A stretch of DNA of 24,244 nucleotides from a virus (Duplodnaviria; Caudoviricetes), in IMG/VR virus record IMGVR_UViG_3300010366_000066, positions 1 through 24,244 of that record. One strand, written 5' to 3'. Below, piece after piece: positions 1 through 9,301 of this stretch. Numbering within the stretch: the first letter of the stretch is position 1; each line of letters opens with the position of its first letter. A model generated the notes under the pieces. That model worked only from the letters and a program-made list of their open reading frames with translations, had not been told where the DNA came from and did no database searches. The position numbers and the translations under genes were made by a program.

Positions 1-614
1 CCAAGCGCTGGCCCTGTAAATCCACCCTTCCCTGGAGACTGCACAACCTGAGTAAATCCCCTGCTGCGATGGGGATGCTTCGGATCGGCGTAAATTTCAC
101 ACCAACACCTGTGGTAGGCGTTCGTCTGGAGCATGTGCGCCATCGTCTGCCTCAGCGACAATTTCCTGATGGGCCTGCGGATTCTCCTTTCCGGCGTCCT
201 TCTGGGGCCTAGGCGTTCCTGGCGCTGCCCCTTGATCGCCCAGGAGAAGCCGACCCGTGAAATTCCGTACTCGATGAAGTACGCCTCACGGCTGTCGTTG
301 TAGAGCGTCCACCAGCCGACCGTACGGTGCTTGACCTTCCAGCCCAGGTAGTACCGCTGTGAAATTCTCCTGACAGGCAGCTTCCATGCCTGGTTCGACT
401 GCTTCTCCTGAGGGTCGTACGGGCCGAATGACAATTTCCTGGCGTACATCTGATTGACGAGCGCCATGCGGTGAACGAGGTCGTCCATCATGATTGGAAT
501 TTGATGCGGAACCTCTACCTCGGCCCAGCGGATCGCTTCTTCCAGCCCGTCGAACGATTCCGGGGTAACCGAGAGGAAACTTCTGCCGCTAGTGTACGCA
601 ATGAAACGCGCCAC
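1..614 (-). CDS. HK97 gp10-like neck/tail-completion protein (partial, runs off window start)
   Basis: Not in ORF track. Hand translation from GTG at 614 (MARFIAYTSGRSFLSVTPESFDGLEEAIRW...) is open to position 1. It contains YNDSREAYFIEYG, resembling the gp10 N..YA.FVEYG motif, and lies right after the head-closure-like gene. Confidence 0.6.
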   Translation of the reverse strand, partial: MARFIAYTSGRSFLSVTPESFDGLEEAIRWAEVEVPHQIPIMMDDLVHRMALVNQMYARKLSFGPYDPQEKQSNQAWKLPVRRISQRYYLGWKVKHRTVGWWTLYNDSREAYFIEYGISRVGFSWAIKGQRQERLGPRRTPERRIRRPIRKLSLRQTMAHMLQTNAYHRCWCEIYADPKHPHRSRGFTQVVQSPGKGGFTGPAL

Positions 615-615
615 G

Positions 616-1149
616 CTACTTCACTCGCCTCAGGATCGCAGTAGGCGGCATTTCATCGGCACCGCTGACGAGACGGAGACCCACTTCCCAGTGATGCTCC
701 GGATTTCCGTTATGATCGGGTATGAGGTTCGCATTGACGACGGTGAACCTGCGGCCGTAGTATTCGATGAAATCTTCTCCAGCACGACCCCACTTCCAAA
801 AATTCAGATGAGCGCCTCCCCAGTACACCGGAAACAGGGCAATGTGGTCGTCCGTCTCAATTTCAAGGCCGAACATCTCCACAATGGTCTCCGGAGGCAA
901 TTTCGCCCCTCTCGCGGACGTAACAGGCTGGACGAACGCCTTCACGATCACATCCGTCGTCTTCGTCGGATCGGGAAGGTGCCCAGAAGGGTCACAGACG
1001 GGCGCTGAGGGGTTCTGGAGGTGCCAGGTGGGGTCTCGGTACCCCTCAGGGGTGTGACACGGGCAGATCGTCTCAGATTCGCTCCTGAAAAAGCGCGTGT
1101 CGGAGCCGTGAGCCATGAAAAGCGCGTTTGCCCGCTCGACCGTGCTCAT
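616..1149 (-). CDS. putative head-closure (stopper) protein
   Basis: 177 aa, CPC...C motif, ends with a G..F.V...D..G...HWEV.L pattern typical of SPP1 gp16-like stoppers; synteny between adaptor and gp10-like gene; ATGA overlap with the upstream gene. Confidence 0.55.
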   Translation of the reverse strand: MSTVERANALFMAHGSDTRFFRSESETICPCHTPEGYRDPTWHLQNPSAPVCDPSGHLPDPTKTTDVIVKAFVQPVTSARGAKLPPETIVEMFGLEIETDDHIALFPVYWGGAHLNFWKWGRAGEDFIEYYGRRFTVVNANLIPDHNGNPEHHWEVGLRLVSGADEMPPTAILRRVK

Positions 1150-2798
1150 TGGGCCATCAACGTGTCGAAGAAGAACGTCACCATGCTCGCTGCGTTGTTC
1201 TGGAAATTGCCCGCACCCTCACGGTACTCAAGAGAGAGCGTGAACCAGCCCGTGGAAGAAGCCGGTACAGCCGTTACCTTGTAGCGAGCGAAAATTGTCA
1301 TGTCGTTCTTGTCCTGTATCCGGACTGCCTCGCCAGCAACCATCCTGTTCAGGATGGCAGTGATATCGACGCTTCCGCTGGAAAGAGTTGAAATATACAT
1401 TTCAGTCGCCAGGCTGAGGTCGCTGTTGTTCAACCGGACTTTCCCGTTCCCTGGATCAGCCGCTGCCGTCTGGTTCGAATACTGGTACTGAGAGGTCTCC
1501 AGCACTGGCGGCGCAGTCCAGGCTAGCTCCAGAACACCCGACCGCCGAAGCACGTCACCCACATCGCCGCCTGCTGGAATTTGCTCCCCGGTCATCGGAG
1601 TGGGTGGAGGAGTCGTACCACCATCGGAATCCCTCGGAGCCGAAGATGTAATAAAGAGAACGAGCTTCGCACGCCCAACTGTGCTGAACGTGTACGGAGT
1701 GCCGTCTGAATTCACCACGGCAAGGATCAGATTCGTCCCGGCCTTGAATTCACCGGCATACGAACCGCTACCTACCGTTGCTGGTTGTGAAAGCTGTTGG
1801 CCGGGAATTGCCGATGCGTTCTGCATGCCGAACCGTAGCTGTGAATTCAGAAGCCCATCGTTCAGCGAGAAGAGATAGGCATTCGGGAAGAGACTGTTGT
1901 TGTAATCCGGTTCCCACCCTTCTGAAATGTCCATGTACGTCATCGGAAGCACGACATCCCCCGGTGATGCCGCATAGACAGGAATTCCCGTGCCGATGCC
2001 GGGAGTGTCGAAGCCGAACTCGTAATTCACTACCTTCACGTCGTCACCCCCGGTTTTGTTTCCGTTCGTTGGCATTTCAATGGTGGGATACGGCGGTGGA
2101 ATCGGGCCTACTCCAAGCTCGACCAGCGAGCGAGAGATATCCACTCCCATCAGCCTCGACGTGTAGCCTCCAGCCACGGACACTTCCTTCATGAGAGCTA
2201 CAACGGTATACGTCCTGCCGAGCCAGGTGTTCGCTACACGGATCAAGTCCTCGATGGATTTCAACGTCTGCGTGGCTGTAGCCGTGCTCTGTTTTTCAGT
2301 GAGCAGCCCGGCAGTCCAAGACTGCGATGTTCCCGTTCCCGAGGCGACTCTGACGAGATAGCACCGCGCCATCGTCAGAAGAGTCAGTCCTGAAAGCTCA
2401 TTGTAATTCAAAGTCGCCGGATCGGGTACGACCGTGCCGCAATATCCCTCGACCACTGCGGCGGCTTCCTGGGCGACAATTTGCTCTTTCAAGGTCGGAT
2501 CGCGCAGAAGGACGCGCTCGACAACCTCGGAGACGACACTCGTCGTGCCACCCTGGATCGCAGACGACATTTCAGAGAATGCGCCTTTGGAATTCTCCCA
2601 CTGGATCGCGAACCAGTCGGTCTCACTGAGCGCCTGGTTCGTCGTGTAATCCGTGATGTAGCCCCCTGGAGAGCCGATAGCCGTGACGACCTCGATGGAT
2701 GAAAACGGCCCTGCCTGAGCCGGTGCCTCGTAGATGTGGAGCTTGACCAGATCAGGAACGTCGTTCGGAGGAACGAAATTCAGGAAGACAGAAGCCAT
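1146..2798 (-). CDS. putative head-tail adaptor fused to N-terminal Fn3/Ig-like and C-terminal fibre-like domains
   Basis: 550 aa. aa 1-85 are beta-rich (..DWFAIQWENSKGAFSEMS). aa ~88-195 are helical with a SQSWTAGLLTEKQS strand as in gp15/gp6 adaptors. Pro-rich linkers and a beta-rich C-terminus follow. Confidence 0.5.
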   Translation of the reverse strand: MASVFLNFVPPNDVPDLVKLHIYEAPAQAGPFSSIEVVTAIGSPGGYITDYTTNQALSETDWFAIQWENSKGAFSEMSSAIQGGTTSVVSEVVERVLLRDPTLKEQIVAQEAAAVVEGYCGTVVPDPATLNYNELSGLTLLTMARCYLVRVASGTGTSQSWTAGLLTEKQSTATATQTLKSIEDLIRVANTWLGRTYTVVALMKEVSVAGGYTSRLMGVDISRSLVELGVGPIPPPYPTIEMPTNGNKTGGDDVKVVNYEFGFDTPGIGTGIPVYAASPGDVVLPMTYMDISEGWEPDYNNSLFPNAYLFSLNDGLLNSQLRFGMQNASAIPGQQLSQPATVGSGSYAGEFKAGTNLILAVVNSDGTPYTFSTVGRAKLVLFITSSAPRDSDGGTTPPPTPMTGEQIPAGGDVGDVLRRSGVLELAWTAPPVLETSQYQYSNQTAAADPGNGKVRLNNSDLSLATEMYISTLSSGSVDITAILNRMVAGEAVRIQDKNDMTIFARYKVTAVPASSTGWFTLSLEYREGAGNFQNNAASMVTFFFDTLMAQ

Positions 2799-5161
2799 GA
2801 ATCCACCTTTGCATCGAGAAGAGCGGCCTTACGAGCCGTTTCACGCTCTGCTGCCGAGAGCAACTGAGCTTTGAATGCTGATGAAACAAGCGCTCCACCA
2901 TCACTGCCTCCTGTCGAGGCACTAACCAAGATGGCGTCAGGCATCTTACCTGAAATTGTGCCATCACCCGGAAGAAGGACATCCGTCCGGATACTGTATG
3001 AAATCCGAAGCGAGACCGTCGCAAAGCCGCCGAGCGAATAGGTCGGCGTGAGCGTCTTCCGAACTTCAGCGACGAGCTTGTATGTGAGGGTGACGGACTT
3101 GACACCGACAGTGTTGAGCCTGTAGGTGAGCGGCAGCGATTTCAGAACTCGCTGGCGGACATTGTACTTGAAGACCGGAGGTCGTGCAACCACGATCTGC
3201 AACCGGTACATGACGGTAACTTTCTTGACAACAGCGACTCGGACGTTGTAGCTGATCGGCAGGAGCTTTGCGGACGCTCTGGTCACCCTGTAACTAAGGC
3301 CGATTGCCGTCAGAACCTGACGCCGGACGTTGTATGCCGGTGAGACCTTCTTGACCGCCGCCTGATGCACCACGTACGAGAGCGGACGGTTCTTTGAAAT
3401 TGTGTTGATGAGCTTGTAATTCGCCGTGTACGACTTCGAGACCGTCTTCCGAATCCGGAACTGTAGACCCACAGCCGTTGAAATTGTTCTGCGGACGGCG
3501 TAGCTCAGTGGCAACGATTTCACCACTGTCCTTTTCACCATGTAGGAAAAACCGACCGCCTTACTGTACGTAGCCAGCAGGCTGTAGCTGAGTGGAAGAA
3601 CCTGCGTCACCCTGCCGATGGCGTAGCTCAGATCGAGAGTCTTCGCAACAGGCCGCCGAACACCATACGTGATGGCTAGAGATGTCAACAGCGGAACTGA
3701 AATCTTGTACGAGAGCGGCAAAGGCTTCCCGATGAAAATCCTTATATTGAAATTAACGGTCAGAGTCTTCGCAGCGACTCTCTGCTGCACCCTGTACGCA
3801 AACGTCGTCGCTGTGAAAATAGATTTCCTGACCGCATACGTCGGCGCAGTGGTCTTTGCAACCTGCCGCCTGACGTTGTAATTCAAAACGAGTTGCTTCA
3901 GTATCGGGCCTGAAATTTGATAACTGGGAGTAACGGTCTTCGACACCGGAATTCTGACGTTGTACGAGAGCGCAGCCGTTTTTGGAATCGCCCTGCGAAC
4001 GTTGTAGCTCAATGCCTGAGTCTTCGGTACCTGCTTCGTGACAAAGTACGTCAGACCGGCAGTCTTCGGAACTTGTCTCCGGACGTTGTAATTCAGGTTC
4101 AATTGCTTGACGACCGTAGACTGAGAGACAACGCTGTAATTCAGTGCCAGCGTCTTGGCAAGCCTCGCTGCAACCTTGTACGTAAGAGCTACAGATTTCG
4201 CTACGCTCTTCTGGACGTTGTAGCTGAGCGCGTATCCGTTTCCTGCAACCAGACCCGCGTTGTAATGCGCTGACACCCTGGCAGCCGACAGAACAGACGG
4301 GTAAAATGCAATTTCATCCATCGTCCCGTTGAGAGGCTGAGTGCCCCATTCGGAACCGATGAACAGACCGTTGGTCGCTGCGGATGAAAAATCGTAGTTG
4401 GGGTTAGTCAGAGTCGGTGTCTCGGAGACGCCATCGAGATAGAACACAACCGCACCGCCAATACCGGCTCGGGTGACGACGAGGTGGTGTGTGTTCGTGT
4501 CGGTTATTTTCAGAGTTGTCGTCTGGGCGCATGTTCCGGTAAAGCTCTTGTTCAGAGCAATCGTTCCGGTGGAATTGACGCGAACAGCAATGCCACCGTT
4601 GTACTGGTCGAACAAGTCTGTTGTTACGGCTGTACTAGTTCGCTTTACCCACATTTCAACCGAGAAGGTGTTCAGCGGAAATACAAGTCCGCCACGGCTT
4701 AGCCAGCCTGTAGCACCAGCACTGAAAAATCCTCTCGCCTTTGATGATGGGTCGCCAACCAGCAGCCCTGCCACCTGTGGCGTCGTATTGCCATCGCCCG
4801 TCATGTGATTTCCAGCGCCAGATGAGTCCTGTGGAAGCCCCGCCTCTTCCATTCGCCAGTAGCCCGTTGGCCCATCTGCCAGAATCACGGCGCTGTAAAC
4901 GTTGCTGATGCGACCGACAATTTTCCGAACGTTGTAGCTCAGCGCCAGCGACTTTGAGACAGGCTGTTTGACGGTATACTGAAATCCGCTGCCAACGAGA
5001 ACTTGCCTGCGGACGGTGTAATTGACAGCGAGTGTTTTTAGTGGAACGCTAGTGCGGACGGTGTAATTGACGACAAGCGACTTTACCGGAACCGTAGTCC
5101 GACCAACCTGAATTTCAGGATCGAACCAGCTATTACGGATCAGCGAGCCGTCGTACAGCAT
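2780..5161 (-). CDS. LamG/concanavalin-like lectin domain virion protein with ~15-aa KxLxLxYxV repeats
   Basis: LamG signature: ADGPTGYWRMEE...FSVEMWVK...HHLVVT...FYLDG...LNGTMDEIAFYPSVLSAARVSAHY. About 30 copies of a V-x-K-x-L-x-L-x-Y-x-V repeat lie around it. Confidence 0.75.
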   Translation of the reverse strand: MLYDGSLIRNSWFDPEIQVGRTTVPVKSLVVNYTVRTSVPLKTLAVNYTVRRQVLVGSGFQYTVKQPVSKSLALSYNVRKIVGRISNVYSAVILADGPTGYWRMEEAGLPQDSSGAGNHMTGDGNTTPQVAGLLVGDPSSKARGFFSAGATGWLSRGGLVFPLNTFSVEMWVKRTSTAVTTDLFDQYNGGIAVRVNSTGTIALNKSFTGTCAQTTTLKITDTNTHHLVVTRAGIGGAVVFYLDGVSETPTLTNPNYDFSSAATNGLFIGSEWGTQPLNGTMDEIAFYPSVLSAARVSAHYNAGLVAGNGYALSYNVQKSVAKSVALTYKVAARLAKTLALNYSVVSQSTVVKQLNLNYNVRRQVPKTAGLTYFVTKQVPKTQALSYNVRRAIPKTAALSYNVRIPVSKTVTPSYQISGPILKQLVLNYNVRRQVAKTTAPTYAVRKSIFTATTFAYRVQQRVAAKTLTVNFNIRIFIGKPLPLSYKISVPLLTSLAITYGVRRPVAKTLDLSYAIGRVTQVLPLSYSLLATYSKAVGFSYMVKRTVVKSLPLSYAVRRTISTAVGLQFRIRKTVSKSYTANYKLINTISKNRPLSYVVHQAAVKKVSPAYNVRRQVLTAIGLSYRVTRASAKLLPISYNVRVAVVKKVTVMYRLQIVVARPPVFKYNVRQRVLKSLPLTYRLNTVGVKSVTLTYKLVAEVRKTLTPTYSLGGFATVSLRISYSIRTDVLLPGDGTISGKMPDAILVSASTGGSDGGALVSSAFKAQLLSAAERETARKAALLDAKVDSWLLSS

Positions 5162-5209
5162 CTAGAACCAGGCTTTGATATTCAGTTGAGGATCGAAGAG
5201 AGGCTTCAT
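5162..5209 (-). CDS. 15-aa mini-ORF MKPLFDPQLNIKAWF, in frame with the LamG gene across a TAG
   Basis: ATG overlaps the upstream stop (TGATG). Its TAG at 5162-5164 directly abuts the ATG at 5161, which has no obvious SD. Confidence 0.5.
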   Translation of the reverse strand: MKPLFDPQLNIKAWF

Positions 5210-5982
5210 CATGCTTTCGTCACCCTAAGAAATGCAGGAAGATAGATTCCACCTGACCCACCCGCGCCAGCCTTGAACGTAATTGACGAAGCGCTGACAT
5301 ACGCCCTAACTGAATATGTGTGCGCTCCTGCGGATGGAACATCAAATGTTGACAGAGCCATCGGAGGAGCAGGATGAGCAGACGCTGACGCAACCCCGGC
5401 ACCTTTGTATGTGCCAAGGACAGTAGAGTCACGCAGGAACACGACATTCCAGTCATTTCCAGACGCGACGAGGTAGTTCGCCACAAGCTCAACTTTGACC
5501 CTTGTCCCATCGTAGGTAATCGAATTTCCAGTTATCACAGCAACCGCCGTTGCTTCTGTTGTCGCTGAAATAGCAGCCGAGTCCGCAGTTATTTGAACGT
5601 AGTCAAGCTCAGCGCCAACAGCAATGGACACACCGGGGCTAACTGACCAGCCAATTCCCTCGACATACACCAATGTCTGCCCCGGCGGTAGTGAAATTTG
5701 ATACAGTTGAACAACTGTCGATCCGTCCGTGTGCTGAATGGTAACAGTGCAATACTGGGAAGCGTCCTTGTTGCGAACGTTGACGGTCTTGATGTTCCGG
5801 GTGACCCCGCTTGCAGGCGCGGCCGACAGGTCTGTCGTCGCAGCCGTTGAAATCGCTGTGTTCTTGCGATACGACGTAGCAGTGGTGCCGTCGTAATCCA
5901 TCGCTGAAATATGACAGTCGAGCGCAACTGCCGACCCGCTTATCAGTTGAATTTTGTCGCTTGGCCCTAGACAGAGGATCAT
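5209..5982 (-). CDS. beta-rich virion fibre/decoration protein (paralog A)
   Basis: 257 aa, Thr/Ala/Ser-rich; clear paralog of 5983-7095 (MILCxGPxDKxQL, ELDYVQxTADSAAISATTEATAV). Confidence 0.65.
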   Translation of the reverse strand: MILCLGPSDKIQLISGSAVALDCHISAMDYDGTTATSYRKNTAISTAATTDLSAAPASGVTRNIKTVNVRNKDASQYCTVTIQHTDGSTVVQLYQISLPPGQTLVYVEGIGWSVSPGVSIAVGAELDYVQITADSAAISATTEATAVAVITGNSITYDGTRVKVELVANYLVASGNDWNVVFLRDSTVLGTYKGAGVASASAHPAPPMALSTFDVPSAGAHTYSVRAYVSASSITFKAGAGGSGGIYLPAFLRVTKA

Positions 5983-7095
5983 TTATGCTCCGTACACCAT
6001 GAACGAGAAATCCAAATCTCTGGCTGCCCCGTTCGCCGTTGAGGTATCCTTCGTTGCCACGGTGAACACGGTCGTTGTAGGCGTTCCATACACGACTGCC
6101 GTTCCGCTGTTCGAAGGCGGTGCAATGGGCGTGCAGACGACGGCGTAATTGGCATTTGGCTGTGCAGTCGTGAGTGTAATTGTATATAGCCCTGTACCAG
6201 TCCGGCTAGAGGTGAAACCCGATCCGTACAAGGAATTACCTGTCGCTCCAGCGACACGACCTGCCACAAATCCCGCAAAACCACCTGCCGGGCCGCGTGG
6301 CCCAGTGACACCAATGGCGCGTGTAACACGCAAGAACATCGGCAGGTAATTTCCACTACCGCCTGGCCCAGCTTTGAAAGTCGAGTTGTTGGCGCTCACG
6401 AATGCCCCGACGGAGTACGTATGACTTCCGGCCGGAGGAGTATCAACGAAGAACGTCTCGCCGCTCCAAGCGATAACCGTGTTCGCGGACTGAGCCGTGC
6501 CATATCCGCGAGACTGACCGATAGGAGTGCCATCACGGTACAGGACGACTGTGACTTGGTTGGCCGCGCTCGAAAAAATCCCAGGCGAGAAGAAGTGAAT
6601 TTCAACCTTCGTCGCCCCATCGTAGACAACGGAATTCCCGGTGATGACCGTAACTGCCGTTGCCTCCGTCGTCGCCGAGATTGCCGCGCTATCGGCGGTG
6701 GCCTGCACGTAATCCAACTCAAGGCTGGCAGGAATTCCCTGGCTCAACGACCAGCCGACCCCTTCAATGTACTGGAGCGTCTGCTGCGCCTGGATTACAG
6801 TTTTGAAAAGCTCGACGGACGTTGTGCCGTCCGTATGAATGATCGTTGCCGTCACCGAAGCGCTAGTCGTGTTGGAATTCTTGATGTTGAGCGTCTTGAT
6901 GTTCCGAGTTGTGCCACTCGCAGGAGCTACCGTCAGATCGGCCAGACCGTTCCAGCTTGTATTGACGATATTTCGCCGGTACGTCGTGACATTCCCAGCA
7001 CCATCCACGTCCATACCTGAAATATGGGCGTGGATGTTCGTCGCCACGTCTGTCGAAAGCTGGAGCTTGTCGTTCGGGCCGATACAGAGAATCAT
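5983..7095 (-). CDS. beta-rich virion fibre/decoration protein (paralog B) with short collagen linker and extra C-terminal domain
   Basis: 370 aa; GVTGPRGPAG linker, then SRTGTGLYTITL...NYAV fibre-tip-like domain; GAGG SD. Confidence 0.65.
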   Translation of the reverse strand: MILCIGPNDKLQLSTDVATNIHAHISGMDVDGAGNVTTYRRNIVNTSWNGLADLTVAPASGTTRNIKTLNIKNSNTTSASVTATIIHTDGTTSVELFKTVIQAQQTLQYIEGVGWSLSQGIPASLELDYVQATADSAAISATTEATAVTVITGNSVVYDGATKVEIHFFSPGIFSSAANQVTVVLYRDGTPIGQSRGYGTAQSANTVIAWSGETFFVDTPPAGSHTYSVGAFVSANNSTFKAGPGGSGNYLPMFLRVTRAIGVTGPRGPAGGFAGFVAGRVAGATGNSLYGSGFTSSRTGTGLYTITLTTAQPNANYAVVCTPIAPPSNSGTAVVYGTPTTTVFTVATKDTSTANGAARDLDFSFMVYGA

Positions 7096-7106
7096 TTCAT
7101 TTCCTC

Positions 7107-7223
7107 AATTTCAGGCCGCGACCACCACTGTACCAACGTTGCCAGCGAGCCGCACCTTCGGGGAGTAGCTCGCCACGGTGGCCTCGGCAGTGGCCCTCTT
7201 TCGGAGTTGCGCGGCCTGAAGTT
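7107..7223. ncRNA. structured intergenic RNA element
   Basis: Closing stem TTCAGGCCGCG (7110-7120) / CGCGGCCTGAA (7210-7220); nested CCACTG/CAGTGG and GCGAGC/GCTCGC stems; CC-TTCG-GG apical loop. Confidence 0.45.
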
Positions 7224-7224
7224 T

Positions 7225-7524
7225 TCACCGCTCATCTCTTGGAGACCAAAGCGATGCGTCTTCCATGTCATCGAACGCCTTGATTTTCAACTCCCCCGGC
7301 TGGTGGGAGTAGAGCGCGATGACAGAGCCGTCATCAAGAATTTCATACCGGTACGCATGAATCCCATGCCACTTCGCCCGGTCGAGAAGAATTTCCTTGT
7401 CCCGCCCCTCGGCCTTGGCTACGGTGTTGTACGACTCCTCGATCTGCCGCAGCACATCCTCTGCCGCCTTTTCACATTGCGGCGGTGGTCTCTGAGCCTC
7501 TTCGAATTTCTCAGCCTCTGTCAC
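7225..7524 (-). CDS. hypothetical protein
   Basis: 99 aa; GTGA overlap with the upstream gene. Confidence 0.6.
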   Translation of the reverse strand: MTEAEKFEEAQRPPPQCEKAAEDVLRQIEESYNTVAKAEGRDKEILLDRAKWHGIHAYRYEILDDGSVIALYSHQPGELKIKAFDDMEDASLWSPRDER

Positions 7525-8021
7525 GGGTTCGTATCTCCTTGCACATTGACCGTGAACGAGTCGGCGTACGCAGCAGCCCCGGCGTTGACGACACGCTTCA
7601 GCCAGACGCCCTTGTACTGCCCCGCAGGGATGTCCGGAATTGTCAGACCGGTCGCGTATGAAATTGCCGTGTTGGCGAACGTCACCGAAGCCGGTGCCGT
7701 GTTCTCATCCGCGATGGTCGCCATTGCCACGTTGACGCCCTCCAGAGCGAGCGCGAGGTCTGCGTCGGTATCAGGTGAGGGTGTGTCCGGAGAGACCCAC
7801 ACACGCGGAGCGAGGTACGCCAGAGTACCGTGCTCGTTGCTGACGTAAATTCCCCGGTACTCCGTATCGCCTGCGGCGGACTCTGCACCGGTCACGTCAT
7901 CGAACAGGGAGGCAGACGCATCCGTCGTTGTGGATTTCGCTCCACCCAGCGCCGCGTTCTGGTTTGAGTTGGCTGCACCGCCACTCAGGCGGAAATGAAT
8001 ATCTGTTGCAACGATTGGCAT
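7521..8021 (-). CDS. conserved phage virion structural protein (LSGG..N..LGG / LFDDV..E..G..EYR family)
   Basis: 166 aa; recognisable motif seen in phage structural modules; GGAGG SD. Confidence 0.7.
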   Translation of the reverse strand: MPIVATDIHFRLSGGAANSNQNAALGGAKSTTTDASASLFDDVTGAESAAGDTEYRGIYVSNEHGTLAYLAPRVWVSPDTPSPDTDADLALALEGVNVAMATIADENTAPASVTFANTAISYATGLTIPDIPAGQYKGVWLKRVVNAGAAAYADSFTVNVQGDTNP

Positions 8022-8049
8022 TCTTCCTCCTGAGTTTTTTCAGAACTAA

Positions 8050-8074
8050 CGGGGCCGTCCACGCCACGGCCCCG
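8050..8074 (-). terminator. hairpin/terminator after major capsid gene
   Basis: CGGGGCCGT-7nt-ACGGCCCCG stem followed by a weak U-tract (TTAGTTCT) on the minus strand. Confidence 0.5.
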
Positions 8075-8095
8075 CAGTCCATCAGTTGTTCGGAA

Positions 8096-9286
8096 TTACG
8101 AGGTCGGGAGCGTGATCTTCTGGACGCTGTTCGGAAGGTCGAGATACAGGCCACGCCTGCACCGAGCGACCTGCTGTGCCTGGATCAGCCGTGAAATGTC
8201 ACCAGGCCCCACATCGACGCGGAGGTCGTGATGGACGAGTTCCTTCAGCCGCATCCGAGGAGCGATGAAAAAACACGTCCCGGCGGTGACACCCGGATAC
8301 GTGACCGCGTTGACACCGTTCGTGACCGTTGCGCCGTTGTAGTAGATGATCGTGTCCACCGGCACCCTGCGAAGCTGGTTCCCGTTCGCATCGAGGACAG
8401 GCGTGAGCAGCGCGTCCTCGATCTGAAAACGGTCACCCTCGTTCGCGAGAATTACAGTCGGAACACGCTGCGGAACAGCCATCGCACCAGTCCGGTATGC
8501 CGACTGGAACGTCCGCAGGGTGTGCGACTGAATTCCCTCACCGGCCGTCGCGTCCGCAGCGGTGGAGTTTCCGCCGCCGTACGAATACGCGATGATCGGA
8601 GACAGGTGGTTGTGGTTCAGGAGGTAGTTGTACGAGCGGCCGAAGGCACGGGCGTTCATCCCGATTTCATACGACCGGTCGTACTCCATCATGTCCTCCG
8701 TCCATTCGAACCCGGCCGCGTACGTCGCGATGGGAACGAACGTCGGTGCCCCGGAGCGGGCGAGCGTCCCGAACACGATTTCCTCTCCCTCGAACTTCTG
8801 GAGGAAAATCACGTTCGCGTCGAACAGCACGTCGCCACCGACCTGCACCGAGCCGCCGGGGAACGGGCCATCGACCCGCTCATACAGCGGCTGATAGAGC
8901 AGCGGCACGTCTGCGAGACCCACGTCGATATCGATCCGGACTTTCTCCAGCAAGTCCATCGCGCCCTGCGACGTGGTGATCATCTCGCTGACGGTTTTCA
9001 GCATCTCGATTTCCGGAATCTTCTTCGTGAATTCCGGAGAGAGCCGACCCGTCATCTCCGATGCCGAGACGAGGTTGTACGTGGCATGCTCACCGACGAC
9101 CCGTTGCGGCGTCCAGTGGCGATGCGCCTGCTCGCGTCCATCCGGAGCGTTGAAAAACGCACCCTTCTCCAACGGCCCGAAGCGGCCATCGTGCCGGATC
9201 GCGAAGTGGTTTTCATCGATGTGACGAACGAAATCGTCCATCGTCGGAGCCTCGGGAACGAGGACTCCACTCGCCTTTCTTCCCAT
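8096..9286 (-). CDS. major capsid protein (HK97 fold)
   Basis: 396 aa; GEEIVFGT and TYAAGFEWTEDMMEYD motifs; strong AAGGAGG SD; follows protease and cement genes. Confidence 0.8.
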   Translation of the reverse strand: MGRKASGVLVPEAPTMDDFVRHIDENHFAIRHDGRFGPLEKGAFFNAPDGREQAHRHWTPQRVVGEHATYNLVSASEMTGRLSPEFTKKIPEIEMLKTVSEMITTSQGAMDLLEKVRIDIDVGLADVPLLYQPLYERVDGPFPGGSVQVGGDVLFDANVIFLQKFEGEEIVFGTLARSGAPTFVPIATYAAGFEWTEDMMEYDRSYEIGMNARAFGRSYNYLLNHNHLSPIIAYSYGGGNSTAADATAGEGIQSHTLRTFQSAYRTGAMAVPQRVPTVILANEGDRFQIEDALLTPVLDANGNQLRRVPVDTIIYYNGATVTNGVNAVTYPGVTAGTCFFIAPRMRLKELVHHDLRVDVGPGDISRLIQAQQVARCRRGLYLDLPNSVQKITLPTS

Positions 9287-9301
9287 TTCAGTCCTCCTTT
9301 C

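Noticed and set aside
5162-5164. Genome-wide TAG recoding
   Set aside because: TAG ends many tightly packed genes (616, 11771, 15174, 21412, 22568), and long ORFs are intact in the standard code.
5209-7095. Diversity-generating retroelement TR/VR pair
   Set aside because: Differences are not adenine-specific, both copies are coding, and no reverse transcriptase is in the window.
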